DNA of 64,000 bases. Source: Felis catus (Eukaryota). The stretch lies in the NCBI RefSeq assembly GCF_018350175.1, contig NC_058368.1, positions 199,394,001 through 199,458,000 on the forward strand, in the 5' to 3' direction. The position numbers and the translations under genes are program-made. How positions within the stretch are numbered: the first letter of the stretch is position 1; the number at the start of each line of letters is the position of its first letter. Positions 37,300-49,997 of this stretch are shown in pieces. Below the pieces are notes generated by a model. The model did not search any database, was not told where the DNA came from, and saw only the letters and a program-made list of their open reading frames with translations.

Positions 37300-38180
37300 T
37301 GTTCTAAAAAATTCCAAGAAACATATTTACAAAGATTGATAATCCATGCATAGGGACCAAAAAGGAAATTTGTATGTTCATGGTAGGATTAGTCAATATT
37401 ATGAAGGTGTCAGTTTTTCCTGAATTGATTTAGAAAGTCAACTCAAACCTAGTCAGAATATCAGCAGGCTTTCTTTTCTCTTCTTTCCTTTTCTTTTCTT
37501 TCCTTTTCCTTTTCTCTTCTTTTCTTTTCTTTTCTCTTCTTTTCTTTTCTTTTCTTTTCTTTTCTCTTCTTTTCTTTTCTTTTCTTTTCTTTTCTTTTCT
37601 TTTCTTTTCTTTTCTTTCTTGCCTTTTCTTTCCTTTCCTTTCCTTTCCTTTCCTTTCCTTTCCTTTCCTTTCCTTTCCTTTCCTTTCCTTTTTTCTTTTT
37701 TCTTTTATCTTCTTTTTTCTCTTCTCTCTCTTCCTTCTCTTCTCTTCTTTTCTCTTTGACAAACTGATTCTAAACCTTATGTGGAAATGCAAAGGATCTA
37801 GAAAAACAAAAACAAAATTGAAAAAGAACAAAATTGGAAGACTTACATTATCTAATTTCATAACTTATGATAAATCTCTAGTAACCAAGAGTGTGGCATT
37901 GGTATAAAGACAAATCAATGGAACAGAATAGAAAGTTCATAAACAAACCCATGCATATATGTTTAATTGATTTGCAGAAAAGGTATTAGAGCAATCCAAT
38001 GAGAAAAGAATGATCTTTTAAACAAATGGTGCTGGAGCAATTAGATAGCAGTATATAGAGACATGAACTTTTACCTTTACTTTACATTATATATAAAAAT
38101 TAACTCAAGATGCATCATAGACCTAAATATAAGAGCTAAAACTATAAAATTGCTAAACAAAAACATGTGAGGAAATCTTA
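37300..38180 (+). mobile_element. ancient L1 ORF2 fragment interrupted by a microsatellite
   Basis: ttgacaaactgattctaaa...tggaaatgcaaagga...caatggaacagaataga...aacaaatggtgctgg. Confidence 0.85.
37469..37757. repeat. compound polypyrimidine (CTTTT)n/(CCTTT)n microsatellite
   Basis: About 290 bp of nearly pure C/T. Confidence 0.98.
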
Positions 38181-39361
38181 CAAAATAATACAGATGGTGA
38201 GCTTTTTGAGGCTCGTGACCCATTCCATCATTCACCATTTATCTCTTTTTCCTCAGTACCTAGCACAGTATCTGGCTCAGAGCCTGGAACCTGGTTCGGA
38301 TTCTGTATCCAAGGTATCCAAAGAATGCCAGAACTCAGACCTAGATTTGTTCTCTGTATTTCACATCCCTGGTACATGCTCTCAGGGTTGGCTTTCATGC
38401 CTTTCATGCTGCACAGGTGGAGAATGTGGAACTCCATAAGCCTCAGCCCCGTAGGGGATTTGCCCACAGTACTTCTGAACTGAAAGAATGGGGCACCCAG
38501 TCTTGGCCCATACTTTGGTATCTCCTCAGTTCCTAATTGATCCTACTCTAGATTGGATCTGGTGATGTGAGCTCCTTGGCCACCCAGGCTGAGACTCTGA
38601 GAAAATACAGTGAGAGGGAGTGCAGAGGTTTATCAGTGAGAAGGTGGTTCAGCCCAGGGTAAGAGTTGTTCCAAAGGAGTATAGAGAAGGGCACTTAAGT
38701 CACCATAAACAAGTAAAATATTTATTTTTAAAGTATTCACAGGAAGGATGTGATGCTATTTTTATAAGAAGGGCAGACTTTGTTCATTTCCTGTTCTCTG
38801 AATTAGAGATCTCCAGTTTATTTTGCTCATAACCTAGACAAGCCCTAGAAAGAAATACCATAACTGAGAACTTCTTTGTATTTCCTCCTTTTTAGTCTCA
38901 TCATTGTGTTACCTATTTCCTAAGCACTAGTGACATCTTCATTTCAAACTTTAACTGATCTAGTCCATGGTGGAGTTAGCACTAGATCTGAGTCCTGGGG
39001 AACTGTTGTCATTTAGCAAGAGAAGTCCTGGTCTCAACAGGAATATATGGTTTTAGTCTGTTAGAAGCACATGATTGGAGATTGAGGAGGGTCACCTTGG
39101 TCAGAAAAGCATAAAGAACACATCTTGTGTATCTATGAACTTCAGATCCATGCCCTCTTAGTAGTATCCTAAGCTTCACATCTTTTTTCTGGATAGATAT
39201 TAATTCCCTTTCCTTGTGGTTTATATATTATTTTGTCTTATGGAAGCAGATGCTTTACTTCCAGGCATATCTTTCCTTCCTTCTTGGAGCACAAATGAGT
39301 ACTGCTAAATAAATTTGCTAAATAGATTACTTTTAATTCAGGTGAAGGTTACTCTTAAAAT

Positions 39362-39558
39362 GGGGCACCTGGGTGACTCATTTGGGTGAGCATTGACTTT
39401 GGCTTAGGTCATGATCTCGCGGTTCATGAGTTTGAGCCCCACATCGGACTCTCTGCTGTCAGCTCAGAGCCTGATTTAGATTCTCTGTCTATGTCTCTCT
39501 CTCTGCCCCTCCCCACTTGTGCCTCTCTATCAAAAATAAATAAACATTAAAAGAAAAA
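39362..39558 (+). mobile_element. CAN-SINE
   Basis: TSD ttactcttaaaa. Confidence 0.95.
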
Positions 39559-40349
39559 CAGATTACTCTTAAAACTAGAGGACTTCATCCAGAAGAAGGC
39601 CTGCTTCAGGATCTGCAGTTACTATGAACAGTCTCTTACCATACCTTGGTATTTGGCCAATCCCACTCCATATGCCCTAATGGTTATATATGGCAATCAT
39701 ATGAACAAGATTTGTGATAATCATTAGATTGTTATATTTGAAGAATCCCTGGTAACCAAGTAATTTACTCCTTTCTCCAAATGACTGCATCTATCTGCTT
39801 GGACATTGTGTAAAAACTTGTGTGTATAACTTCTTTCCAGAGACTTTGTAAAAGACCCACTCTTTTTACCTCCCGTCACTACCTGCTACTCTAGATGATT
39901 TGAGAATAGCTAGCCTATGACTGAGGGGATGGTCATTGAGACAACAGTGGAAAGAACTTCTGGTTCATACTCTGGGAGTTTATGGTTTTCTACACATTTT
40001 AGAGTAGCTGCAAGAAGAGCTAGCTTTTTATTCCAGGCACAATAATGTCAATATATTTTGTAACATCTTATTTTTACCAAGAATTTTAAACTGCTTTTAA
40101 CCAAAGCAGGCTTCCTGACAGGGGAGTTGACATTTATTTCCCTTTAGCCTCTGTGTGACATGTATAAAGTAGGAAAATGAACAAAAAAGTCAAGTAGAAA
40201 GGACTAGAACATCTCCTCCAGTGACCAAAAGTTGATGGATATTTCTTCTGTAGATTTCAAAGAACTAACATTTTATACTGCCACCATGTTCTTTGCTACT
40301 CCTATAACACTGAGGCTTTCATGTATGTTACTGTTCAAAATTCACTGTT

Positions 40350-40559
40350 TAATTTTTTTTAATTTTTATTTATTTTTGAAAGAGAGACAGAGTGCAAGCA
40401 GGGGAGGGGCAGAGAGAGAGGGAGACACAGAATTCGAAGCAGGCTCTAGGCTCTGAGCTGTCAGTACAGAGCCCAAAGCAGAGCTCGAACCCATGAACCC
40501 TGAGATCATGACCTGAGCCGAAGTTGGACACTCAACCAACTGAGCCACCCAGGAACCCC
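40350..40559 (-). mobile_element. CAN-SINE
   Basis: Typical head, GA tract and tail. Confidence 0.95.
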
Positions 40560-40576
40560 AAATATCACTGCTTAGA

Positions 40577-40792
40577 GGGGTGCCTGCGTGGCTCAGTCGA
40601 CTGAATGTCTGACTTCATCTCAGGTCATGATCTCATGGTTGGTGGATTCATGCCCCGCATCAGGCTTTGGGTTGATAACGTGGAGCCTGATTCAGATTCT
40701 CTGTCTCTCTCTTTCTCTCTGCCTCTCCCCCGCTCATGCTTTCTCTCTCTCTCAAAAATAAACATTAATTTTTTTAAAAAAAGGAAAAAAAA
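40577..40792 (+). mobile_element. CAN-SINE
   Basis: Typical head, CT tract and A-tail. Confidence 0.95.
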
Positions 40793-40910
40793 GTCACTTC
40801 TTAGAAAGCAATGTGTGCTGATAGGGTCTACTGTGAGCTACGGAAATTGCATCTGAAGGTAGCGGTGGCTTCTCTGAGCCTGACTTGTCTTCAGTATTGG
40901 AGTTTCACCT

Positions 40911-41319
40911 TGACTTAGTCTGCTTAGGCTACTGTAACAAAATACCATAGACTTGGCAACTTAAACAATAGACATTTATTTCAGCACAGTTCTGGAGGCT
41001 GGAAGTTCAAGATCAAGGTGCTGGCAGATTGGTCTCTGATGAGAGTCCTCTTCCTGGTTTACAGATGTCATCTTCTTGCTGTATCTTCATATGGTAGAGA
41101 GAGAGGGCTCTGGCCTTTTCCTCTTATAAGGGTACAAATCCCATTATGGGGGCTCCATTCTCATAACTTCATCTAACCCTAATTGCAAAAGCAAAAACAA
41201 AAACAAAACCCACAAAACCTAATTATGTCTCCAAGGCTTCAGCTCCAAATACCATCATATTGGGGATTAGGATTTCAACATATGAATTTCGGGGTGACAC
41301 AAACATTCAATCCATAGTA
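40911..41319 (-). mobile_element. MaLR solo LTR (MLT1A-like)
   Basis: cacagttctggaggctggaagttcaagatcaaggtgctggcag...gggattaggatttcaacatatgaattt; perfect 5-bp TSD cacct. Confidence 0.92.
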
Positions 41320-42491
41320 CACCTTTTGCCCTCAGTTTTGTGTGGGGTCTTTCTATGACCTCACTGGATGTAAAGTATAAGAACCTGAGTAAGATTTCAT
41401 TTGTACTTTTTATTACTGGTTCCCAGGAACAGAGAGTCTTATGAATTTCAATTCTTATGAATTTACCCTCAAGGGAAAGTTATGCAATTATGATTAAAAT
41501 GTAACATTCAGAGAGATCTGTGTTAAGCATTTCTCAGATTTATTGGGGTACCCTGAGTAGCACATTAGCAGGCGGAATTTTTTTTTAATTGTGTCAGGTT
41601 GGAAGGATTTTACCATTTACTTTTTGATATAAACAGATTCTATCCAGCAGTCACCAACAACTTGACCTACATTTTGTAGTACAACAAAAAATCTCAGTGA
41701 AAAATAGAAACGAGGAGTTCTGGACTTAAACCTAGAAATATTTAAGAGAGAGGTGTTTATAGGTACTTCTTTCTGTTTACCACCTTAAAATAGATGCACT
41801 ACCAATGAAAGTTCTAGGATTTTATTTCAGCCCACATTTAAAATATTCTGGATAAATGCATGTGGTTTACTTTCGCAATATTTACAGAGCACAAACAGCA
41901 TTCAATATCTAGGCTTAACCTCACAATATTATGTTTTATTGAAGTAGAGTGTTGTATCCTGAGCAGGGCTGGACAGTAGGTGCGTTAATTCTATGATATT
42001 TTGTTTGAAGCCAATGCCATTAACTTTACTGAAACCCCAATCCTTATTCAATGATAATTACTTAACGGTAAGTGGTATTTATTATTCTCTTAAGTTTCTA
42101 CTTTGGGTGAGGACAGATATTGTTGAATACTTTGAAAGGCTTTCAGGAAAATAAGGAAGGAGACTTCTTTTCCTGCTAATAATGCAACATTTTCAGGAAT
42201 GTAGGCTATGTTCCTTAGGCCAATGATCAGGTATGCCTAGTTGTAGACAGTGATAACTTTGTTGAGCCAATTGTCTGTTGCTTATCTCAAGGCCTAGGGA
42301 AATATGCCCAGGGTGGAGGGCTACAGGGAGTGTTTCTCCAACCTTTCCTCAGAGTAGGAAGCAATTGTGTGTTGTCTGGTACTAGCTGTAAGGCTGAGGA
42401 GACCTTGCTTTTTCATAGAGATATGTAGCCTTTCTTCATAGGATTCAAAGTCTATAATAATATTCTGTAGTCAGAAATCACAGAAAACCTT

Positions 42492-42602
42492 GGGGCACCT
42501 GGCTGGCTCAGTGGGAAGAGCATGTGACCTTTGATCTTGGGTTTGTGAGTTTGGGCCCCATGTTGAGTGTAGAGATTACTTAAAAATAAAATCTTTAAAA
42601 AA
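42492..42602 (+). mobile_element. short, old CAN-SINE
   Basis: TSD aatca(c/t)agaaaacct. Confidence 0.92.
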
Positions 42603-43243
42603 ATCATAGAAAACCTCCTCTTGTGTAAGCCCTTTCTTGTTGATTACGCACAGTTTCTCCTCTTCCTCTATTCCTTTTAACATTGAGCTTCCTTTGACAT
42701 AAATAGGGACTCTGTTTTGACTTTAAACTAGAAGGAAGTGGAGATAGAGTAACAGAAGAACAAATTTCTAAATAACAGAAGAAACTTCCTTTTATAAAGC
42801 TGAATTTAAAACACTCTCCTGGGTTTTTGGCTAGGATATTTTTGGGCTGCCTAAACACATTTACCAGTACACTTGCTATGAACAAAATCACCAGTATGCA
42901 TTTATGGGTGGATCCATTTCCTTTCTAGCTGTATTATCCTCAGGCCATGAGAACTCTTTTAGCTTAGTTACTTAAAATGAACGTACAAAAACAAATTCTC
43001 ATAAAATCTACTAGAAAAAACTTAGACAACCCATATGGATTAAACATCTTATTAGCCTAACCTAAAGGAATTAAATGCATGTAATTATACATGTTAATTT
43101 ATATAAGGAGTAGTGTTTATGGCATTAGATAAATATTGACCCACTCACAGCCGATTAGTCTTATAGCAAACTAAATCTTTCTTGGAGATGTTTTCAGGTG
43201 TACCTCCGAATCCTCTGCCTGGTAATTTTTACTCAAATGTATG

Positions 43244-43688
43244 TGTGATGGGTATTTTGTATGTCAGCTTGACTGGGCAATGGGATGTCCAGAGAGCTGG
43301 TAAAACATTATTTCGGATGTGTCTGTGAGGGCATTTTTTAAGAAGAGATTAGCATTTCAATTGGTTGAGGAAAGAATATTGCACCAATGTGAGTGTGCTT
43401 CCATTTAAGGTCTGAGTAGAACAAAATGACAGAGGAAAGGCGAATGTGCTCTCTGCTTAAGCTGGGTTATCCATCTTCTTCCACCTTCAGACATTGGCAC
43501 TTCTGGTATCAGGCTTTCAGCCTTGCACTCAATTGCATCACTGGCTTTCCTGGTTCTTCAGTTTGTAGATGGCAGATTGTGGGTCTTCTCAGCTTACATT
43601 ATTGTGTGAGCCAGTTTCTATAATAAATTTCTGTCTCTATATCTATCTATCTTATTGGTTCTATTTTTTTTCAGAGAACTCTAATACA
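43244..43688 (+). mobile_element. ERVL solo LTR (MLT2-like)
   Basis: tgtgatgg...tgtcagcttgactggg...agatggcagattgtggg...aataaa...gaactctaataca. Confidence 0.88.
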
Positions 43689-43997
43689 GCACATAAGATA
43701 TAAATAAAATTACTGAGTCTTAAACCCTCATCTTAGTGATGTCTCCTGGTTTATTCTCATTCTTCTTTTGAAAAGGTAAAGTATGGGAACAGTGAAGTAA
43801 GATACACTCTGATTGTGGTTTTAAAAATTCTTTATACATTAATTGGAAGTATATCCAATTGAAATAACCTAGAAGTTCAACACTAAGGCATTGGTTAAAT
43901 AAATTAAGATAATATAATATTAAATTGTTTAATAGATATTAAAAGTAGTGTTACCAGTAAATATTTACTGATATAGAAATATTTTCATAATATGTTG

Positions 43998-44210
43998 TTT
44001 TTTTAGAAATTAAAAAAATGTTTATTTTATTATTTTTGAGAGCGAGATAGTACAAATGGGTGAGGAGCAGAGAGAGAGGGGTACTGAGGATCTAAAGCAG
44101 GCTCCACGCTGACAGCAGCCAGCCTGATGTTAGACTTGAGCTCATGAACTGTGAGATCATGACCTGAGCCAAAGTCAGATGCTCAACTGACTGAGCCACC
44201 CAGGTGCCCC
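43998..44210 (-). mobile_element. CAN-SINE
   Basis: TSD ttcataatat(g/a)ttgtt. Confidence 0.93.
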
Positions 44211-44306
44211 TATTCATAATATATTGTTAAAGAGTCCACTTAAAAAATCATATATATTGTAGCACTCATAAAGAGCTAAATGTATATACATAAGAAAAAT
44301 TCTAGA

Positions 44307-44834
44307 ACAGCATTATTTTATATAAATATGATACAAGTCACAAATGTAAGCCACAAATGTCATTTAAAATTTTCTACTGGCCACATTAAAACAAGTAGAA
44401 AGACAGGCACTTGGGTGACTCGGTCAGTTAGGCATTTGACTCTTGATTTTAGCTCAGGTCATGATCTCAACAGTTTGTGAGCTTGAGCCCTACCTCAGAC
44501 TCTGCTCTGACAGCATGGAGCCTGCTTGGGATTCTTTCTCTACATCCCCTACTCTCTCTCTCAAAATAAATAAACTTAAAAAAAATAAGTAGAAATAAAT
44601 AATTGAAATTAATTTTAATAATATATATTTAAGTCATTATAGCCAAAATATTATTAAATATTAAATATTAACTAACAAAACTATTGAGATATTTTATGTA
44701 TTTTTGTACATGAGATATTTTACATATTTTTGAAATCCAGTGAGTATTTTACCTTAGAGCACATTTTATTTTGGACTAGATATATTTCACCTACTCAGTA
44801 GTGTCATGTGACTAGGCTGCCATCCTGAATAATG
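44307..44834. mobile_element. MER33-like hAT-Charlie interrupted by a SINE
   Basis: taagccacaaatgtcatttaaaattttctactggccacattaaaa...tgaaatccagtgagtattttac...atgtgactag. Confidence 0.75.
44403..44585 (+). mobile_element. CAN-SINE
   Basis: TSD aaa(c/t)aagtagaa. Confidence 0.92.
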
Positions 44835-46717
44835 GAAACCTAGAAGGATGTGCATCAAAATATTAATAATGGCTATCTATAGATGGTAGAATTATGAATT
44901 TATATTTTGCTTACTTGTATTTTCTAGTTTGTACAATAAGCATCTAATACTTTTATAATAAGTTAAAAAATCTATGTTTACTTTAAAGTGTTTCATGAAT
45001 CATATTTAAAAAAAAAGTGTTTCATGAAGTGTGGTGAAACTCCCATTTGCTTATACCCCCCAAGAAGTCTTCTAGTGGAGGAAGAGGTATTCTGTGTTTT
45101 CAAGACAGCAGAAGTTTACAAATGGAGGCTCAGATCAGTACTATTGGTAGTCAGGGGCCTGTGCATGTGTGTGCATATATGTGTGTATGTGTGTGTGTGT
45201 GTGCATGTGTGTGAACGGAGATGGTTTGTGAAGAGCTTTTTGTGGATACTGGCAATTCCCACAGTCATGGAAGCATGGTGGCCCTGAGGCATGAGTAATG
45301 TAGCCTTACACTGAGGATCATTAACCTGAAGTGATAGTCCTTGGTACCAGTCAATTCCATTTTTCTTCACGGGAGTATCCTCATATTTGTTAGCCCAGGA
45401 TGACCTACTGTACTAAGCATGAAATCTGGGCTAGATAGTTCTTGGGTTGAGTTGTAGAGGTTAAACATGAACATTTCAGAGCAGTTGGGGCCAGATTCCC
45501 ATCAAAAGTAACCCCTTGGGAATTTGGAGTACTCAAGTATTAGCCAAGTTAGGGTCTAGTTCAATATTCTTCTGAAATGACACACTGGAATTATTCTGTC
45601 AGAGGGAGCTATGGAATGTACCCTATCATGTGATCAGAAAGCCATGAACTGTAAACAATGGAACTGTTAGAATGCCAGATGGAGTCATATGGAGATCAGT
45701 GACACTTCACATGCTATCATCTTAGTGGCCTCATAACAAACACTGTATTCATTAAAACTGCACTTGGGGTACCTTGACCTATGTCAATGATGGTCTAAAA
45801 TACTGGACTAAATCACTTCTAATTCATTTGGCTTTTATTATAGTAAAGTTAATCATGAAAAACTCATATGGTATTAATGCCAATGTCATAAGTTCTTTAT
45901 CAAATTTCTACCCACAATTCATTATTAATTTTTCAGGAGATTCCCATATGTTCCTGGCATGGAGTTACAGCAAACATGAACTGGTTCCCCAAGGTTATGA
46001 TTAGAGCAGTTTGAGCCAATCTGACAAACCCTCATGTGCCTTTACGTATAAAGCACCTGCCAAACCACATGTGCACCAGACCACTGGAATTCTTTGGCAT
46101 TGTTTTTCTGAGCAGGAGGTTTGGGTAGTGGGGCACTCACCAAAGCACTCAATATTTCTTTCTTTTTGTTTTAAAAATAGAACATTCGTACAAAATAAGC
46201 CTCATCTCTGGTTTCCAAACCATAAAATTTTGAAGGAGGGTCTTTCAGGAAACCACTGTATTTCTGAATGAAACTTCATGAAGTCCCATCATCCTTTTCA
46301 ACTATTGCACTCTTTGCAGAGCACTCTGATGGTCTGTTAATAAAACCATTTCACCTAGTGAAAATACTGATGTAGGATCAAGGAGAAAAGATACAACACC
46401 TTTATCTGGGTTACAGGAATGAATTGGTATTTTCCAGGAATCCTCCCCTTTTTGACTTAATGGCACAGTAGCTATGACACACAACTGCTCTGTTCCCTGT
46501 TTTAGAGAGCAGACCAAGTGAGGAAAAATACACTTAATAACATTACATGGAATGGAAAAATTAGTCTCTCCTCTATACAAGTATAGTCTCACAGAAAACT
46601 TATAACCTATTGAGCTTATGACTTGCAAAAGATAATTCAGCGTTCCTTGTTTATAAAGATTCTGAAACTACTTCATATCAATTAGGGTAGGCCAGTTGCT
46701 TTAACAAATAGACCCCA

Positions 46718-46936
46718 GGGGCACCTGGGTGCCTCAGTCAGTTAAGCATCCAACTCTTGATTTCAGCTCAGGTCATGATCTCACGGTTTGTGAGTTTACC
46801 TCGGGCTCTGTGCTGACGGCATGGAGCCTGCTTGGGATTCTGTCTCCCTCTCTGCCCCTCCCCTGCCTACTCTCTTACATTGCTCTCAAAATAAAAAAAA
46901 ATAAATTTAAAAATTTTTTTAAAAGTTAAAAAAATA
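46718..46936 (+). mobile_element. CAN-SINE
   Basis: Outer TSD caaatagacccca / caaatagatccca. Confidence 0.93.
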
Positions 46937-46952
46937 AAAACATGTTGGGATT

Positions 46953-47177
46953 GGGGCGCCTGGGTGGCGCAGTCGGTTAAGCGTCCGACTTCAGCCAGGT
47001 CACGATCTCGCAGTCCGTGAGTTCGAGCCCCGCGTCGGGCTCTGGGCTGATGGCTCAGAGCCTGGAGCCTGTTTCCGATTCTGTGTCTCCCTCTCTCTCT
47101 GCCCCTCGCCCGTTCATGCTCTGTCTCTCTCTGTCCCAAAAATAAATAAACGTTGAAAAAAAATAATAAAAAAAAAC
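46953..47177 (+). mobile_element. young SINEC_Fc-type CAN-SINE
   Basis: CpG-rich, near consensus; perfect TSD aaaacatgttgggat. Confidence 0.97.
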
Positions 47178-47182
47178 AAAAC

Positions 47183-47250
47183 ATGTTGGGATGAACACTG
47201 GGTGTTGTATGTAAGCCAATTTGACAATAAATTATATTTAAAAAAAAAAC
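47183..47250 (+). mobile_element. extreme 3' tip of a feliform L1
   Basis: tgttgggatgaacactgggtgttgtatgtaagccaatttgacaataaa plus A-tail. Confidence 0.88.
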
Positions 47251-48289
47251 AAAATCAAATAGATCCCAAAGTATATAATGGCTCAAATACAATACAAGTT
47301 CATTTCTTGCTCATACAAGTGTTGGACAGGAATAGGTTGGCAATATCCCTCCTCTACAAAGTCATTCAGAAATCCAGGATAACGGAGGCCTTGCCAATTT
47401 CAGCATTTGGATGCCCCAGGTTACCCCCTAAGGGAAAAGAGCAGAGAGGAATTTTATGGACCAGAAGTGGACATGGAATGTAACATTTCCACTCACTTTT
47501 CATAGGTTAGGATTCATTTATATGTTCTCACCTAACTGCAAGGGAGACTGGGAAATGTGGTTCCTGGCTGGGAATCAATTTTCAAATAATCTTTACATTA
47601 TGGATGGGGAGCCATGAATTTTTGGTGTACAGTTAGCTACCACTGTTATATGCTCTGTCCTTTTCTTTTTGAGAAAATTTAGTCAGATGAAAAATTAAAG
47701 CCAGTGTTAAAAATGGTAAAAAACAACAAGAGAACAGATCATTTCTCCCAGGAATAGTCTTAATGATGGTACCTTCATTTCTATGTACACTGTCTCCATG
47801 AAACTTGTATAGAGGTGATTGAAGAAGAAAGGAAATGGGAGCAAAGAAGGAGAGAAACACTGAGGAGGAGAAGGAGGAGAGGAAAAGAGAAGGGGAAAAG
47901 ATGGAGAAGATAGTAAAAAATATGCTGAGGTGATAAGAAAAATAAAATTGTACTACCCTGGATATGCTTGGGTATTAAAAAAGAGTTTCCAGCTTTTGAC
48001 CTCTTTTGTTTCCCTCTCATGCCATAAAACAACTTTATGCAAGCTGGGCTCCAGGTCCCCTTCACTGCAGATATGTTCTAACAGTAGTTTAGTTGTTTTT
48101 ATCATTATGCTATTGAAAAGATAGTGCATATGCAAAGGCTTTGTAAACTACATAGAATTATCTCATTGTAATTATGATAGGTTTTAGCATTAGACCTAAT
48201 GCACATTTTTTAAAGGTTATATTGGTGGGCTAAATAAAGTAAGACAATCACAATTTACTGATTGCAATTTTGTTTTACTAAATAGTATT

Positions 48290-49546
48290 ATATATTGATA
48301 TATAAAAATACAAATAGGTAAAGACATAAATTCTCAGTGTGCAGCTTGATGGATTTTCACAAAATGAACATCGAGAAACATAACATTACAAGCATCCAGA
48401 AAATCCTCTCATGCCTGTTCCTAATCATTATATCCTCCTTCTTCCTCAGAGATAACTTAAACTTTATATATATAAAGTGGAATTATACAGCATGGATTTT
48501 TTTCTGTGACACTAATTTATATTGTTGCATGTGGCAGTAACTTGTTCATTTTTATTACAGTATGAGATTGAATTTATGAATATATGACCATATATATATA
48601 TATATATATATATATCTGTTTTACTTTTCAAGAGCATTTTGATTGTTTCCAGTTTTCAGATATTATGAATAACACTGCCGTGAACATTTTTGTACATGTC
48701 CTGTTGTTTGCAAATGTACACATTTCTTTTTTTTAATTTTTTAAATGTTTATTTATTTTTGAGAGAGACAGAGACAGAGCTTGAGTGGGGGAAGGGCAGA
48801 GAGAGAGGGAGACACAGAATCTGAAGCAGGCTCCAGGCTCTGAGCTGTCAGCACAGAGCCTGACGCAGGGCTCGAACCCATGGACCGTGAGATCATGACC
48901 TGAGCCAAAGTTGGACGCCCAACCGACTGAGCCACCCAGGCGCCCCTTAAATGTACACATTTCTATTCAGTATTTACGTAAGAATGAGATTTTTGTGTCA
49001 ATGAGTAGGCATATTCTCTCTTTCCGTAGATACAGCTAAGCAGTTTTTCAGAGTGGCTGTAACAGTTCTCCTTCCCAGGAGCAGTGTGTTCAAGTTCCAG
49101 TTTCTCCACATCCTAGCCAGCACTTATTACTGTTAGTCTCATTTTTGGTCACTCTGATGAACACAGAGTGATTTCAAATTTTCCTGATGATTAATGAACT
49201 TGAGAGCCCTATCATATGTTTATTAGTCATTGGGGTATCCTCCTTTGTGAAGTGCCTGCTCATGTCTTTTGTCAATTAAAAAAGGTTAATAGTCTTTTTC
49301 TTATTGCTTTGTAGGGCTATGTCATCTATTCTGGATATGAGACCTTGTATAGATAGTATACTTTTTTTCCTAGGACTTTTATTGTGCCACCTTTCATGTG
49401 TAAATGTAAAAATATGTAAGTATGTAATCCAGTTAGAATTGATATTTAATATGGTATGAGGAAGATTTAAGATTAATATATTTTCCGTCAACTGGATAGC
49501 CAATTGACCTGGGACTGTATATTGAAAAGACCCTTCTTTTGACACT
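48290..49546 (-). mobile_element. ancient L1 (L1MD/ME-like) with (TA)n at about 48590-48614 and a SINE
   Basis: ttgattgtttccagttt...tattatgaataacactgccgtgaacatt...gtttctccacatcctagccagcact. Confidence 0.8.
48728..48946 (-). mobile_element. CAN-SINE
   Basis: Perfect TSD aaatgtacacatttct. Confidence 0.97.
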
Positions 49547-49997
49547 TGTAGTAGGGCAGTGGTGTCTTGCTCAGATTCCCGTTTACCAAGCCAGTGCACC
49601 CATATTCTCAGTTGCTGTGCCAACTATTAACAGTTCATGGCTGCTCCTCAGACAATTGGGCCTCTTTTAATGGAAACCATCTACCCTTGGCAGTTACATT
49701 TCCATTGGGGATGTTCCTCAGCCAGTGAATGACTAATGTAGGGGCACAAAAGGCTGGCTTTTTTTCTGCCTCAGGAAAGGTTAACCTGTGGTGGGTGTAT
49801 GCTTCTGAGCTTCCTCCTGTGGATTAAGCCATAGCTAGCTTTCACCCAAGACTGCATCTTTGCCTGGCTTCTTCTCCTTTCCTATTCTGCCTATTCCCTC
49901 TCTGTAGAATTTTTTCCTAAAGAGCATTCTCTCAATAAGTTATGTATATTACAAACCCTATTTCAGTCTCTGTTTCTAGGGAACTCAACCTAATACA
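49547..49997 (+). mobile_element. ERVL 5' LTR (LTR16-like)
   Basis: TG...CA; 3' end gagcattctctcaataag...tcagtctctgtttctagggaactcaacctaataca. Confidence 0.75.

Larger units (their letters stand above)
46676..47640 (-). mobile_element. old MaLR LTR (MLT1K-like) hosting nested insertions
   Basis: aagttcatttcttgctcat...cacctaactgcaagggagactgggaaatgtggt...tttttggtgtacagttagc. Confidence 0.7.

Noticed and set aside
37430..37861. 143-aa K/R/E-rich ORF
   Set aside because: Translation of the (CTTTT)n microsatellite plus antisense L1
46016..46052. CCAAT followed by TATAAA as a core promoter
   Set aside because: Short motifs that are common in AT-rich DNA; no CpG island or clear first exon
46867..47292. 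141-aa ORF and similar ORFs (32726-32935, 36613-36879, 48733-48960, 59468-59725)
   Set aside because: Read-throughs of CAN-SINEs
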